A DNA stretch of 63,115 nt, counting the filler, from Choristocarpus tenellus KU-1152 (lineage: Eukaryota; Protista; Phaeophyceae), in NCBI GenBank assembly GCA_964200185.2. It is 13 parts of 13 records of this genome, joined end to end, with 100 filler letters (N's around TTAATTAATTAA, not from the genome) between each part and the next. Parts side by side here need not be neighbours in the genome. Positions count along the whole stretch, not along the records: positions 1 to 6,596 come from CAXNAD020007791.1; positions 6,697 to 10,351 come from CAXNAD020018690.1; positions 10,452 to 14,063 come from CAXNAD020018958.1; 10 more parts are not named here. One strand, written 5' to 3'. This document shows positions 1 to 11,064 of this stretch, piece after piece. The notes beneath the pieces are model-generated. The model was not told where the DNA came from. It searched no databases and saw only the letters and a program-made list of their open reading frames with translations. Positions within the stretch are counted from its first letter, which is position 1. Every line of letters starts with the position of its first letter. The translations under genes were made by a program, and so were the position numbers.

Positions 1-841
1 GTCGTTGGATTTGAGTTGTACATCCTGGAAGGTGAGCATTGAGGGGCGCCTGTAACACAAACACGAATATCATGGGAAGTCGCTCTTTTCGCATGCAAGC
101 AACTGACCCAGCAAATAGGAGGCTCCGCTTGTGTACTGCTACCTTAATACTCCCACACCCAGTTTTTGTAAGAGCGTCTTTGTAGGACAGGGCATGATCA
201 ATGTGTTTCCATTTGCGGAAACCGATGCAGCGGTGGAGGAAGTTGTGATAATGTGAGCATAGCTTGAGATAATGAGACTGGCGGAGCGTCCACGTCATAC
301 AACAATCTATATAACATAACTTCAAGGATAACAACTTTGAGCATTCGAACCTCAAGCTCAGATGAGACACCTGAAGTTCGTTCAAAAGAAACTCAACTTC
401 TTTTCAAAAACAACTCCAAGATTTCTGAATCCTCTAGCTAGTCTCAATAGAAATATATCGGCATCATCACTGATGGCTCCCTCCAAGGTAAACAAACTTC
501 TAAAGTCCACTTGTAGGTCTGGGCCACCGCCTGAGTCTGTATTGTTTCATCCTGATTAGAAGGGCGAAGACATATGTTCTGAATCTTTATTCCTGATGCA
601 GTCAGACCGAATTATGTGTTTACTTTCACGATTTCTGTTAACATCCTAGTCAAACCTCCTCGAGTCTTCGAGACAATACCTGCATCATCAGCATAAGCAT
701 ACCCATAAACCCTGCTCAGCTATTGCGCAACCCCATGGTGCTCCTCCTCTTCCTCTGATCGGATTATTTGTGGCCATTCTCTTGATGGCAACAACGTCCT
801 TGGAGATGACCGTGTCAGAGGTGAACTTCTTAACTGCCACA

Positions 842-1095
842 GAGCCAAAGTAAACGAAAGATATCCAGGTCTTAGACGATTTGCATTTAAAGTCTGTTTT
901 TCCTTCTTTTACACCTCACTCGATTTCTATGGATGAAATTCTAAGTTTGACTTGAGAGCATATATTTCTCTACTGTTTGGATCGCTTTTCCCACAGAAAC
1001 GATAAAATATCCTGTACACCTTTGTAAAAAAAAATTGCACATATTTGTCAGCATCTTTAAAATTCAACTCTGGGGGTACGTATCGTTTAAGTAAA
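842..1095 (+). mobile_element. MITE family C copy with degraded right end
   Basis: Starts GAGCCAAAGTAAACGA. Interior is similar to 11776-12034 (ATTTCTATGGAYGAA...AGTTTGACTTGAGA, CATATTTGTCAG...AACTCTGGG). Confidence 0.8.
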
Positions 1096-1100
1096 TAAGA

Positions 1101-1287
1101 TGTTCAAGAGGACCGTGTTTGTGGACAGTCTACTGGTAGCCTATAGACACCACTGGTGGAGTAGATAATACTATGGAGAGACAATGATGGATAAGCAGAT
1201 TGGTGTCCAGTGATATATAAGTTGTTGAGGACGATTGCAAACCCTGTACTGTAGGAATTCTTATGGGTGCTACCAGTTATGAGCCCC
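1101..1287 (+). mobile_element. Putative Copia LTR (1101-1275, TG...CA) followed by a PBS-like motif GTTATGAGCCC
   Basis: Begins TGTT and ends ACCA. Immediately followed by GTTATGAGCCC, which resembles the GGTTATGGGCCC primer-binding site of copia-type elements. Confidence 0.5.
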
Positions 1288-1689
1288 ATGAGTTCAGCCA
1301 ATGGAACCGAGACCACAAGCCCCTTGTGACACTAATACTATCCGTTCACACACCTTGTCAAATATTATCCTCTACTAAGGCACATGATTGATCATCATAT
1401 CACATATCCATGGTGTGGAATACTTCAACGGATTGGAGCAAGAGCACCCCCTTGCTAAAGCCCCTGTCCAACCTCGAACCAGTCTGTGCACTCACCGTCA
1501 TCCATATGAACACATGCCCTCATACCATCATGGAATTGATGGATGACAGAGATCAGCTTTGGAGGTGTGCCAAATTTATCCAGCACAACCCATAAGAGAT
1601 CACAATCAACAGAGCCATTTCCAAGGCGTTTTACTGGGCCAGGCAGTCAGCATGTCCACTCTTTGTCATCTGGCCGTAGGCTGGTTTGC

Positions 1690-1938
1690 GATCCTGTCCT
1701 GTTTAATCTGTCAATTTATGGTCATGGACTCAGCCATGTTTGAACCTGGTTGTACATGACAGGTTGGCGGCCCTGATCATATCGAGTAAGCAATGGCCAT
1801 GGACTCAATCATTTTGAACTTGGTTGTACATGGCTGGTCAGTGGCCACGGTCATTTTGAGTAAGCAATGGCTATGGACTCAACCATGTTAGAACATTTTA
1901 TCTATGGTCTGTCAGGATTTATTTTTTTTACTCAGGCA
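1690..1938. repeat. Dispersed repeat built from ~75-bp tandem units; related copies at ~2870-3070 and ~24930-25217
   Basis: ATGGACTC recurs at 1724, 1799 and 1873 with a shared CATGTTTGAAC..GGTTGTACATG core. The same units occur at 25006/25075/25149, and both arrays end in ACTCAGGC. Confidence 0.8.
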
Positions 1939-4107
1939 GGGCCATTCCTCCTATTTTACCACTCTTTTTGAATCCTACACCCACTATTGTAAGTATTAAA
2001 TATACTCAGTATTACAATATGATTTTCTGTATTAATTTATTATTGATTATTTCGACAATTAAAAGTATTAGTAGGAGAAATATATAGTGCAAGGTTGACA
2101 AAGGGCAGAGAGCCCAACAAGAGTTTGTACATCATCTTCACCACACACACAAGCACAAGTTCGACGTTGAGGAGAAGGAAAGCAAACGCTCGAGGGCGAC
2201 TAAGAATGACAGGGCTGGAGCTGTTTCGGTTAAGTTGCTGTTGAAATTTTTCCTTGTTTTTCCTATTTTGTCAATGACTGTGAACCTCGTGAATTTCGAA
2301 CCTTTAATAATGTGCTGTCTCTCGAGACTACTACCATCTGTTATCTTAAAATGTAAAAAAGTAGGTTTGACTGTTGACTATTATCTTGTAACTTGTTGTA
2401 TCTAAAATGTATAATTTCTTGTTTGTGCCCTCTCTACTAAAGCACTATATATCATAGTTACAATTTACTTTTTGCTTGGCACTGCCTTTGCACAGGTGAC
2501 GACGCGCAAAGGATCACCTGGTTCATATTTGAACATGCCATAACCGAATCTAGGTGCAATGGACCCAACCGCAATTTTGTTATTGAGATAGTATTTGATT
2601 GTCAGCCAGAGATGAGGAGACTTGATGAATAAAGGATATATGATTCGTATGGGTGAATTTTCGCCACCCCATGCTACTTCACTGGCCCAGCTAGTGGACG
2701 GGGCTTTGTTAATTTGCTGGCCTATTGGAAAGCTCTGATTTTTTTAGCAGTCACGCTCACTAGTTCAGACCTCAAGAGTGGGCATAGACATCTGGTCTTG
2801 TTGAGTTATATATCGTACAAAGAGTTATTCACGGGCCCACACCGGACTGTCCACTATCCGCGTCATAGCTGTGGGATCGCCTGTGGGCTGGCCATGTCGA
2901 AACACTTGATGGTCATTGACTCTGCCATGCTCAAGCCTATTTGTACCTGCTGGCGGCTTGGCTATGTTGAATTGAAGGAGTTGACAACAACCATGAACTC
3001 GTCCATGTTCAACTTATTTGTACCAGCCAGGCCATTTTGCGTCCCAGCCATGTTAGAACATTTCGCCCATAGCCACACACTGCACCAATTCTCGTACCAA
3101 CTTGTTACTTTTTTCTTATGACGAATAGTCCTGTCAGCGTTTCTGCCTTGGTTCTCTATGTATTGTCGCTAGTGTTGGGTTGAGTAATTCCGCCTTTGGA
3201 CGTTCCGTTTCCTCCCTCGAATCTTGTCTTCAACTAGGCTCAGAGTTCCCACCTCGACATTGGTCCAGAGTTTTGTGGTATAGCTACAGGTATTTTACAC
3301 AGGTGTACAATCTGATGTGTTTGTCATGCGGAATAGGATAACTGAACCAAAATTTTCTGTGAAGAGAAGTGTGTGTGGCGTAGAAGGGGTTCGAAACGGC
3401 AAAATCCACACAGGTAGCTGCCGTTTTCACACACAAAGTCACACAACGAACGTGTAGAGAATTTGAATTATGTTTCATACGATAATAATTCCCTTATGCT
3501 AACATCATTAAAATTACTCTGAAGGTTTCTTTAATCTGCGACATACTCGTTATCTATTATTTATGTATTCTTCGTTTCGACGTACTTGGAGCAGTTATAG
3601 TAGAAATATAGTCACTCCCACTTCAAGTTTAATTTAAACTAACTTAATACACATGTTATATTGACGTAATGACAAGTTTGCGGGTTGTTGGGGTGATCTG
3701 GTTATGCCAACATCCCCACATCGCTTTCTCCTTACCCTTCATTCTGTGAACAAACGAAAATAAGTGAACACACTCCTTAAAGGATAAAAATTGGGCAAAG
3801 CCTTTGAGTTGTAGTGTCCAGTGTCAGTGGAAGAGGCAGTGATTACCTCAGTAGTAGTGCGAGTGGTATGAGCAGTACGAGTATCAGTGGAGTGATCGGC
3901 CCAGTACTAGTGGGAGTAGTAGTAGTAGCCATGGCAGTGAAGACGACAGTGATAGCAACACTAGTACAGCCATGCATCATCACGAGGATGCCCAGACCAG
4001 GCTAGATGGGTAGCTCTACCCATTGAGTCACTCCCGTGTAGTTGTGAGCTTGGTGCATCAGTGAATGATGTATCCTGGTAGCCCTTCGACCTTGTGAATC
4101 AGCGGAA

Positions 4108-4347
4108 CAGCCAAAGTAAACAAGAGGTACCCGGGTTTTGGTTGTTTGGCACTATAAGCCCGTTCTTCAATCTTTTGCAATTCACACATATTTCTGTGGG
4201 CGAATGGCAAAGTTTGATTCCAGAGGGTTGGTTTCTCTATTGATCGAAACCTTTACACACTATTCGGAAAATATCCTATACTCATTCGTAGAAAAGGTCG
4301 AATTTTGTGTGTCTTTGCCAGCAATCTTAAAATGTAACTCTGGGCAC
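4108..4347 (+). mobile_element. MITE family C copy, cut in its right TIR by a family A terminus starting at 4348
   Basis: CAGCCAAAGTAAACAAGAGGTACCC ... TAACTCTGGGCAC, then GGGTCAAAGTATCTGGGGGGGGG. Confidence 0.8.
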
Positions 4348-5044
4348 GGGTCAAAGTATCTGGGGGGGGGTGATGGTTTGTGAGGAGGCGTCCTCTTATG
4401 ATATATTTTGGACTAAAATGCCTTTAGGCCTACGCTTGGAACTTGAGTGGGCGTGGACTATGTTATTATGGCTCAGGGAACTTGCCGTTAGGTTCAAAGT
4501 TTGGAGCCGGCGTGGTTGCCGCTGCTTGGTTTGGGTGTTGAAGAGAGGTAATCTGTTGTGGAAATCTCGACTTGTGCTGAAGATGGTGGTATGGAGTACG
4601 AGATGCTTGTGCGTCAACGTATTTCTAGTAAGGTTTCTGTCAATTGCTCTGTGGTTCGATCAACGCAAAGAGGGGAAGAAAAGGGATTGAGAGGCATGGC
4701 AGTAAAAGTATTAGAGAATGGTGGTAGAACGCGGTAATGGAGATGAAATCTAGGTTGCCACCGGGCCAATAGAAATATGCATGTGAGGATACATAAAAAC
4801 AAACTCTTCGGGAAGATAATAAATATAATATACCAAATGCATAAATCCGTTGATTCAGAGAACGTCCGATCTCTCCATCATAACATGTCTGTCGAGGCAT
4901 GAGTTGGACTGGCGAAGTAAGGGGTGACTCACGATCAGAAATTGACGTATGTTGCTCCTCAAGGCCGCGTCTCTCGTCAGTATGGTGGCAGTGTAGGACT
5001 TGTCTAGAACCAGGCCCGTGTAGGAGCGCCTTGGTCAATACTGT

Positions 5045-5305
5045 GAGTCAAAGTGTCTTAGAGGGTAGAGTCGCGTCCATTTGGGTGCCAAAATCCAATG
5101 TTGCGATTTTGATGTAATTTTGGCTACTTTGTGCTAGTTAAGAAGTGTCAATATCCTTTTTCCGGACACACCTTTTCATAACGTGTACATTTTACCTAAT
5201 TTGAAACGTTTCGGAGTAGGTAAAACGTCATAAAAAGTCTGTGGGAAGTCAAGCCCCAAACGGACAAACAGGGCAAAAATCGTACCCTCACAGACACTTT
5301 CATTA
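5045..5305 (+). mobile_element. MITE family B, full length, TSD TGT
   Basis: tgt|GAGTCAAAGTGTCTTAGAGGGTA...TACCCTCACAGACACTTTCATTA|tgt. Similar along its length to 22072-22331. Confidence 0.9.
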
Positions 5306-6382
5306 TGTAGTATTGGACAAGAAGCTGGATATTTTGCAAGTCACCATTCTCCCTTTTGACCTCGTAGGGGTAGCTGACTCGCTTCTCTCTAACTTTCACC
5401 ATATACTGGGACTGGTACTTGGTCACGATCCCTCGTATCCACTGATCGTCCCATCTGAAGTATAGTCCCCTGCGTTTGGCTCTGGCATTGAGTGTTTCTC
5501 CCTCATCTAAATCTGGCACATAACTCAGTGTCGGTTCAACGAGTATATATTTCTATGTATCCTTCTCCATGTCCCAACACGCTTCCGCTGGCGGTCAACA
5601 ATCGACTGACAGCGTTTTCTGGCATACAGGGCTGCAGCCTCGTCACTGTCCCTCTTGTTCTTCTCTCTCGAAGTTGGTTGACACCCTCCTCGATCGATCT
5701 CGTCCTCTGTCATGTACGACCCCAGTTGAGGGGGCAAAGATATTTCGTCATCATCCGGGAGGTTGGACACTGAGTAAATGTACGCCCCTGAACCATCTGC
5801 GTGAACATTGCTGACCTTCCACTGTAAGATGGCCCCTCCACTCGCGCGTAGGATGAAGCTAGCTCCTCGACCGAACCTTGCGTCGGATGTGTCCCCAAGT
5901 CTGAGTTGCCTAGAGAAGTGAGCAGGTATCCTACCGAGGGATTGTGGGTTGGATTCCGAGGTGAACCTCTGGCATTGACAGACAGAAGGGGTTGATTTTG
6001 TCACCCAGTCATCGCCTATTTCAACACCAGGAGCGATGCCAATGAGGATGGATTTCTATACCTGGCGGGTGTGATCGGTGCTAAGATATTTCTTTACACA
6101 TTCTAGGAATGTCTTAACCTGGAGATCAGGTGTGGACTCGTGTTGTTCCCGAGCCAGCACAACTCGCAACACGCTCGCTAATGGTTCATATCTGCTTTTC
6201 TCGTCCAACAGTCAAGAGGCATTTCAAGATTATGCTTGACCATTTGTGAGAATATGATCTGAAGTATTATTTTATGTACGCACAGAAGATAATGCGGAAC
6301 ATTCGGGATATTTAGGCGCGGTGATCGGAAGAAACCGACGGACTATTAGAGTCGGAGTGTTTCTGACGGGTAATGGATTCAA

Positions 6383-6506
6383 TGTTAGGAATGGGTTAGC
6401 CCCACCTAGTGAAGGTATCTCACTCTCATCTTAACTGTGGTACAAGTTAATAAACAATAATATAACTAGTTATGTGGGACAACAGATCGTCAAGGACAAC
6501 TTAACA
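6383..6506. mobile_element. Short (~124 bp) TG...CA solo-LTR-like repeat; inverted copy at 62994-63115
   Basis: TGTTAG...TTAACA. A closely similar reverse complement lies at the window end on a different contig. Confidence 0.7.
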
Positions 6507-6596
6507 TGCTATAGCACCCTATTAAGCGTGCTTGCGTAGTTATTTTACTGGGATTTCAGCTATCACCAGGAAGGAGTCAAGATAAATCATGATACC

Positions 6597-6696
6597 NNNN
6601 NNNNNNNNNNNNNNNNNNNNNNNNNNNNNNNNNNNNNNNNTTAATTAATTAANNNNNNNNNNNNNNNNNNNNNNNNNNNNNNNNNNNNNNNNNNNN
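6597..6696. other. Artificial contig-joining linker (44 N + TTAATTAATTAA + 44 N). Identical linkers at 10352-10451, 14064-14163, 16856-16955, 21525-21624, 26727-26826, 29426-29525, 36096-36195, 42367-42466, 49335-49434, 52226-52325, 57720-57819
   Basis: Twelve identical 100-bp spacers with a palindromic core that gives stops in all six frames. Confidence 0.98.
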
Positions 6697-7704
6697 CGGG
6701 CCCACCATCAGCCCCTGGTGTTGTCCCCCCCCCCCCCCCCCCCCTTGATACTTTGGGCCAAATGTTCAGCCTGTAAGCTTCAGAGTCATGAGGAGACAAT
6801 AATGATTTCTAGTGTTTTCAGAGCACATTGGTGATCAATTATTGGCATTGAGAATTTTCCAATATCCATCAGTCCGATTTACCGGATTAACAATATTAAC
6901 ATTAAATGACAGCAGACAAAACAAAAGCTCGCTAGCACACTGTAAGTAGCCATCATCTGACACCTTTGCTCACAAAATAACTCAGTCAATTTCTGTGTAT
7001 CCCCTCACACATGAAACCTCCCAAAATGGTCCAACTCAACCCAACACACTCCACAAACATCCAAAACACTCCACCTTTATCTCCCATACTGTGCCGTTAA
7101 ACTAGAAGATATATATACCATGCACAAGCTAGACCTTCCCTCCAGCCCCCACATTATCCCACACATTTGTAAGCACTGGAGAGGGTGGGTGAATGGGAAA
7201 GTTGCTCGAAAATTGTCTTTACCGGCCCCCATTTGTTCCTCAAAAGAACTATGACCTTATCCCTTCTTCCGCTTACATTTACTGCCCCTAATTTTCTGCC
7301 AATTTCTTGACCATGGGGTCTCCTTTCGAACCATCCACAATAATTTTACCTTTCGTACACCCTCGCTACTTTGTTCTTTTTTCTTTCTCAGAATATCAGC
7401 TGGTTTACTTGTCTATCGCGATGAATTCTCCTGCACACAAAACTCTGATTACTTCATAGACTTTGATTTATTTATTTTTTGCTCATAAATTGTGGATTAA
7501 TTTACTACTCAATCTTGCCTGTCAGCGACAGGTTCTATTTGGGATCTCCAACATATTGATACGAGACACTCTACACTATGCTATTCACTACGCACACCGC
7601 ATTTTGCTTTCGAGGCCAGTGAAGATGATGTGGTGTGGGTCAGATGCACAACCAGCTTGTTGTGACTCCAACATGAACGATAGATTCAAATCAACAAAGT
7701 CGGG

Positions 7705-8090
7705 GGGGTTGTTTTCTGTTCTCACTGGTTGCAGCTAATCACAGTGGGGATTGAGGAAAATACTACTCTAGGGCTCTCAACTCTCGCCCATCATGGCTCA
7801 GCCCCATCTTACACTTCCTTCCTGAATTTCATCTATGGCGGTTCTTATCACCCTCTATTGTACAGGTCTTGGCCACACGAAAGTGATAATCATCCTGGGG
7901 CTTGAACCTGGGACCTTGGCTTTACCAGAGCAAAGCTGGGGATTGTGTTTTCTGTTCTCACTGGTCACAGACAATCTCAGTGTGGATTGAGGAGCATGCT
8001 ACTCTGAGCTCTCAGCCCTCGCCCAGCATGCCTCAGCCCCATCTCTCACCTCTTTCCTGAACCTCATCTCTGGTGGTTCTCATTACCCCC
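7705..8090. repeat. Diverged direct repeat of ~150 bp (7705-7850 and ~7940-8090) flanking a tRNA B-box-like segment
   Basis: Both copies begin GTTTTCTGTTCTCACTGGT and share GGATTGAGGA and CTCAGCCCCATCT. The spacer reads GGTCCCAGGTTCAAGCCCC on the minus strand. Confidence 0.7.
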
Positions 8091-9029
8091 CAACACACAA
8101 AACTTGGTCGACGAATATTCTATAAGTCTACCTGAAATTGATCCTATGGTGCTGTTCTGCCTCCAAATAGGTATCCTATATTCTCCAGAGACATCATCTG
8201 GTCAACGTTCAAAGCAACTTCCGTGTTATGGCTCCTTGATCTTTCTTATTGCCACTAATCCATCACCACGTTTACACACATGTGTCCCCTGCCTCCCCTG
8301 CCACTGCTCAACAGGAATACACAGCTAAAGCCACTTTCCAGAGGGAATGTTGAGCTTGATGAATCAGAATGGTTTAAGGCTAGGATGCAAGGGTTCCTTT
8401 GTCTGACCTCAGAGAAAGCATCTCCTGAAACCTATCCCACTTCCTCAGTCATGTTGACAGCAACTAGTTGGCTTTGGAAAGCAACAAATACAACAGTTCT
8501 TGGTGCAGTCGCAGAGGTGCTATGTATCACAATAGTTGAATGGATTTCACGTTCCAGTCTCTGTTCGCATGCTACCAAACAAAGAATATGATGCTTCACC
8601 GAGAAGTATATGATGTAGAATGTGCTTTATTAAATTACCGTGAAGAGTGAGTCCTGTCCATAACAGGGGGTGTTGTCCTACCCTCCACAATCATCCTAGC
8701 AAAAATCTTGGAAGTTACCAAACAATATATTTCCTAGTCATTACTCGAACATCACAATATTCTAATATTCCCTTCTATCACCGATGAATCATTCTAGTTA
8801 CACCATACTGCTTCAAAGACAATTGTTAGTTCATGTATACTATTAGCAGCATTGAGTGTGTACAGCACTACAATGCATGTCCCTATGCGAACATCCTTTC
8901 CTATTGTGCACTCACAATATTCCATCACAACGCAACACTGATCCTAGGTTTACCCTTGCTTCACTTCAAACCCTCTTGGTCATCGTCCTGAAAAGTCAAA
9001 TAGTCATAAATTCATTTCAGCCCCCACAT

Positions 9030-9624
9030 GATACACAAAAACTATCGTAATTGAGAGACTTGATGAGAAAATCGGCATGTTGCTCCTCAGATCCCACATG
9101 CACAACTTTTGTAATCTCGTCCCTAATCAACTGCCTAAGGAAATGGTGGCGTACACCTATATGCTTTGTCCTGAACCCATTGATTGGGCTTCCCAACAGC
9201 TTCACTGCACCCTCATTGTCCTCGTAATCAAGGTGTAGCTAGGAGTTCTCTTCAGGATTACAAACTCCAATACCTGTCTCAAGAAGAGCACTTTCTTAGC
9301 CATGGCACTTAAAGCCACATACTCAGCTTCTGTCGTAGACAGAGCCACCACCTCCTGCATCCTAGAAAACCACGATATTGCTACTCTTCCAATGGTGAGT
9401 AATCCCCCAGATAAAGACCTCCATTGGTCCAGATGAGATGCATAGTCCGCATCAGCAAACGCCCCCAGTCGTTTTTCAAGCTTTCCGTCATATGTGATGC
9501 CAGTCCCCCTTGTGTGACTCACATACCCCAAAATCTGTTTAACAACTTCGCAATGCCTCTGCCCTGGGTTACCACAAAATCTAGCCACAGTCGTTACTGC
9601 GTTGGCAATATCAGGCCTGGTCAT
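9030..9624 (-). pseudogene. Copia RT C-terminus / RNase H remnant
   Basis: TRPDIANAV, FADADYA, ISWFSRMQEVVALSTTEAEYVAL, RTKHIGVRHHFLR, QHADFLIKSL; frameshifted. Confidence 0.95.
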
Positions 9625-9669
9625 GGCACTAACCAGATTTCTGGTTGTAGATCCAGGCGTATCGTATTC

Positions 9670-9960
9670 TTTGGTGACCTGGAGTTACGACATGCTGATG
9701 TAGGACAGGCTTTCGTGCAAGCGGATGTCAAGGAGGATATTTACATCGAACTGCCAGAGGATGTGACAGCAGCTCCAGGAATGGTAGGAGTCTCTTTGTA
9801 TGGCTTGGTACATGCATCGCACAACTGGCATCTGAAATTAGTTGGGACTCTCAAGGGACTAGATCTCGAGCAATATGAGGCTGACCTTGTTTGCTTCGTC
9901 TAGTGGAAAACGTGGTGATGGAAGTGCTGATAGTCACACATGTGGATGATCTGTTGATAG
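9670..9960 (+). pseudogene. Copia RT (RVT_2) core remnant, inverted relative to the rest of the element
   Basis: LELRHADVGQAFVQADVKEDIYIELPE, SLYGLVHASHNW, then after a frameshift LIVTHVDDLLI. Confidence 0.9.
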
Positions 9961-10477
9961 GTAGTCGCTCGCAACTTCAGTACGTAACGTTGGGGCTCCT
10001 CTCCTACCATTCAGATAGGAAGAGTGAGTCCTCTCCATAAGGGGAGGTGTTGCCCTACCCTCCATAATCATCCTAGCAAACAATCTTGGACTTACCAAAC
10101 AAAACTCATGGATCATTCTATATTTTAGTTACACTATACTGCTTCAAAGACATCTGTTAGTTCATGTGCACTAGTAGCAACGTTGACTGTCTACACTACT
10201 ACAACACATATTCTTATGCGAACAATCTCTCCTGATACTCTATCTTAGACAACAGCCAGCATGGCCTTGTACATGCTCCCTCTAACAGCCGATTTCAAAA
10301 ATTGAGGATGGAGCTTTTCATTGAGGATGGGCTTGACCCAAAATTGACTGGNNNNNNNNNNNNNNNNNNNNNNNNNNNNNNNNNNNNNNNNNNNNTTAAT
10401 TAATTAANNNNNNNNNNNNNNNNNNNNNNNNNNNNNNNNNNNNNNNNNNNNCTTGATTTTTTTTTTTTTTTTTAAGT

Positions 10478-10645
10478 GAGAAGTATCTCGGGGGGGGGGT
10501 CTCGGCGTCTGTTTTTCACCCTTTTTTCGATTTTCACTTTTTTTTTTTTTTTTTTTTTTTCTTGTCGGATTTGAAATGTCAACAAAAAATAGAGGTGTTT
10601 CGCCGAAACGGACGCCCCCTCACAGACCACCAGATACTTTGACCC
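10478..10645. mobile_element. MITE family A (A2 subtype)
   Basis: AAGTATCTCG(G)n...CAGATACTTTGACCC. Its ends match the reverse complements of 4348-4395 and 42467-42515. Confidence 0.75.
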
Positions 10646-10646
10646 A

Positions 10647-11056
10647 AGTGCACAAGAGAACCCCCCTTCATGGTGAGCAACTATAATATTTCTTCCTTTT
10701 TCTTACGCATTTTCGAAAACCTAACCCCAACCCCAACCCCAACCCCAACCCCAACCTCTTCCCTACCTCGTGTGCGAAAAATATCCCTAAACACTCGAAG
10801 AAACGTTCTTGGAGAAGTTTCGCATTTTGGTGCAACAGCACAGTGTGCACTAGGGAACCACCACTTCCCACCACTACTGTAGTCTTTTTTCACCTCTTTA
10901 TATTTTCAAAAACTTAACCCTAAACCTGACCCTGACCCTGACCCTGACCCTGACCCTGACCTGTGTGTGAGAAATATCTCAAACCCTTGTTTGAAGAAAT
11001 GAAAAAAGTATGACAGACAGCAGTGGTTTCCCATGACGAGGAATCCCCCGTGCACT
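10647..11056. repeat. Two tandem ~200-bp GTGCAC-bounded units, each with an internal telomere-like hexamer array: (CCCCAA)n ~10722-10756 and (CCCTGA)n ~10925-10962
   Basis: Both share TTTTC(G/A)AAAAC.TAACCC before the array and TGTG.GA.AAATATC..AAAC..GAAGAAA after it. GTGCAC occurs at ~10648, ~10845 and ~11050. Confidence 0.7.
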
Positions 11057-11064
11057 CCACCATT

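Larger units (their letters stand above)
60..1620 (-). mobile_element. Degenerate RTE-clade LINE (RT plus C-terminal region), interrupted by a MITE and an LTR
   Basis: Minus-strand pieces in the expected order: ~1620-1430 VDCDLLWVVLDKFGTPPKLISVIHQFHDGMRACVHMDDGECTDWFEVGQGL*QG; ~700-640 YADDAGIVSKTRGGLTRML (catalytic YADD); ~250-70 LLHRCIGFRKWKHIDHALSYKDALTKTGCGSIKVAVHKRSLLFAGSVACMRKERLP. Stops and frameshifts are present. Confidence 0.85.
8641..10224 (-). mobile_element. Internally deleted Ty1/Copia LTR retrotransposon (3' LTR 8641-8893, 5' LTR 10018-10224)
   Basis: Two diverged direct repeats. The 3' LTR reads TG...CA on the minus strand and is preceded by a purine tract (TAGGAAAGGA). RT/RNase H remnants lie between the repeats. 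Confidence 0.85.

Noticed and set aside
1690-1938. CRISPR-like array
   Set aside because: Units are similar along their whole length with no unique spacers, there are no cas genes, and the context is eukaryotic.
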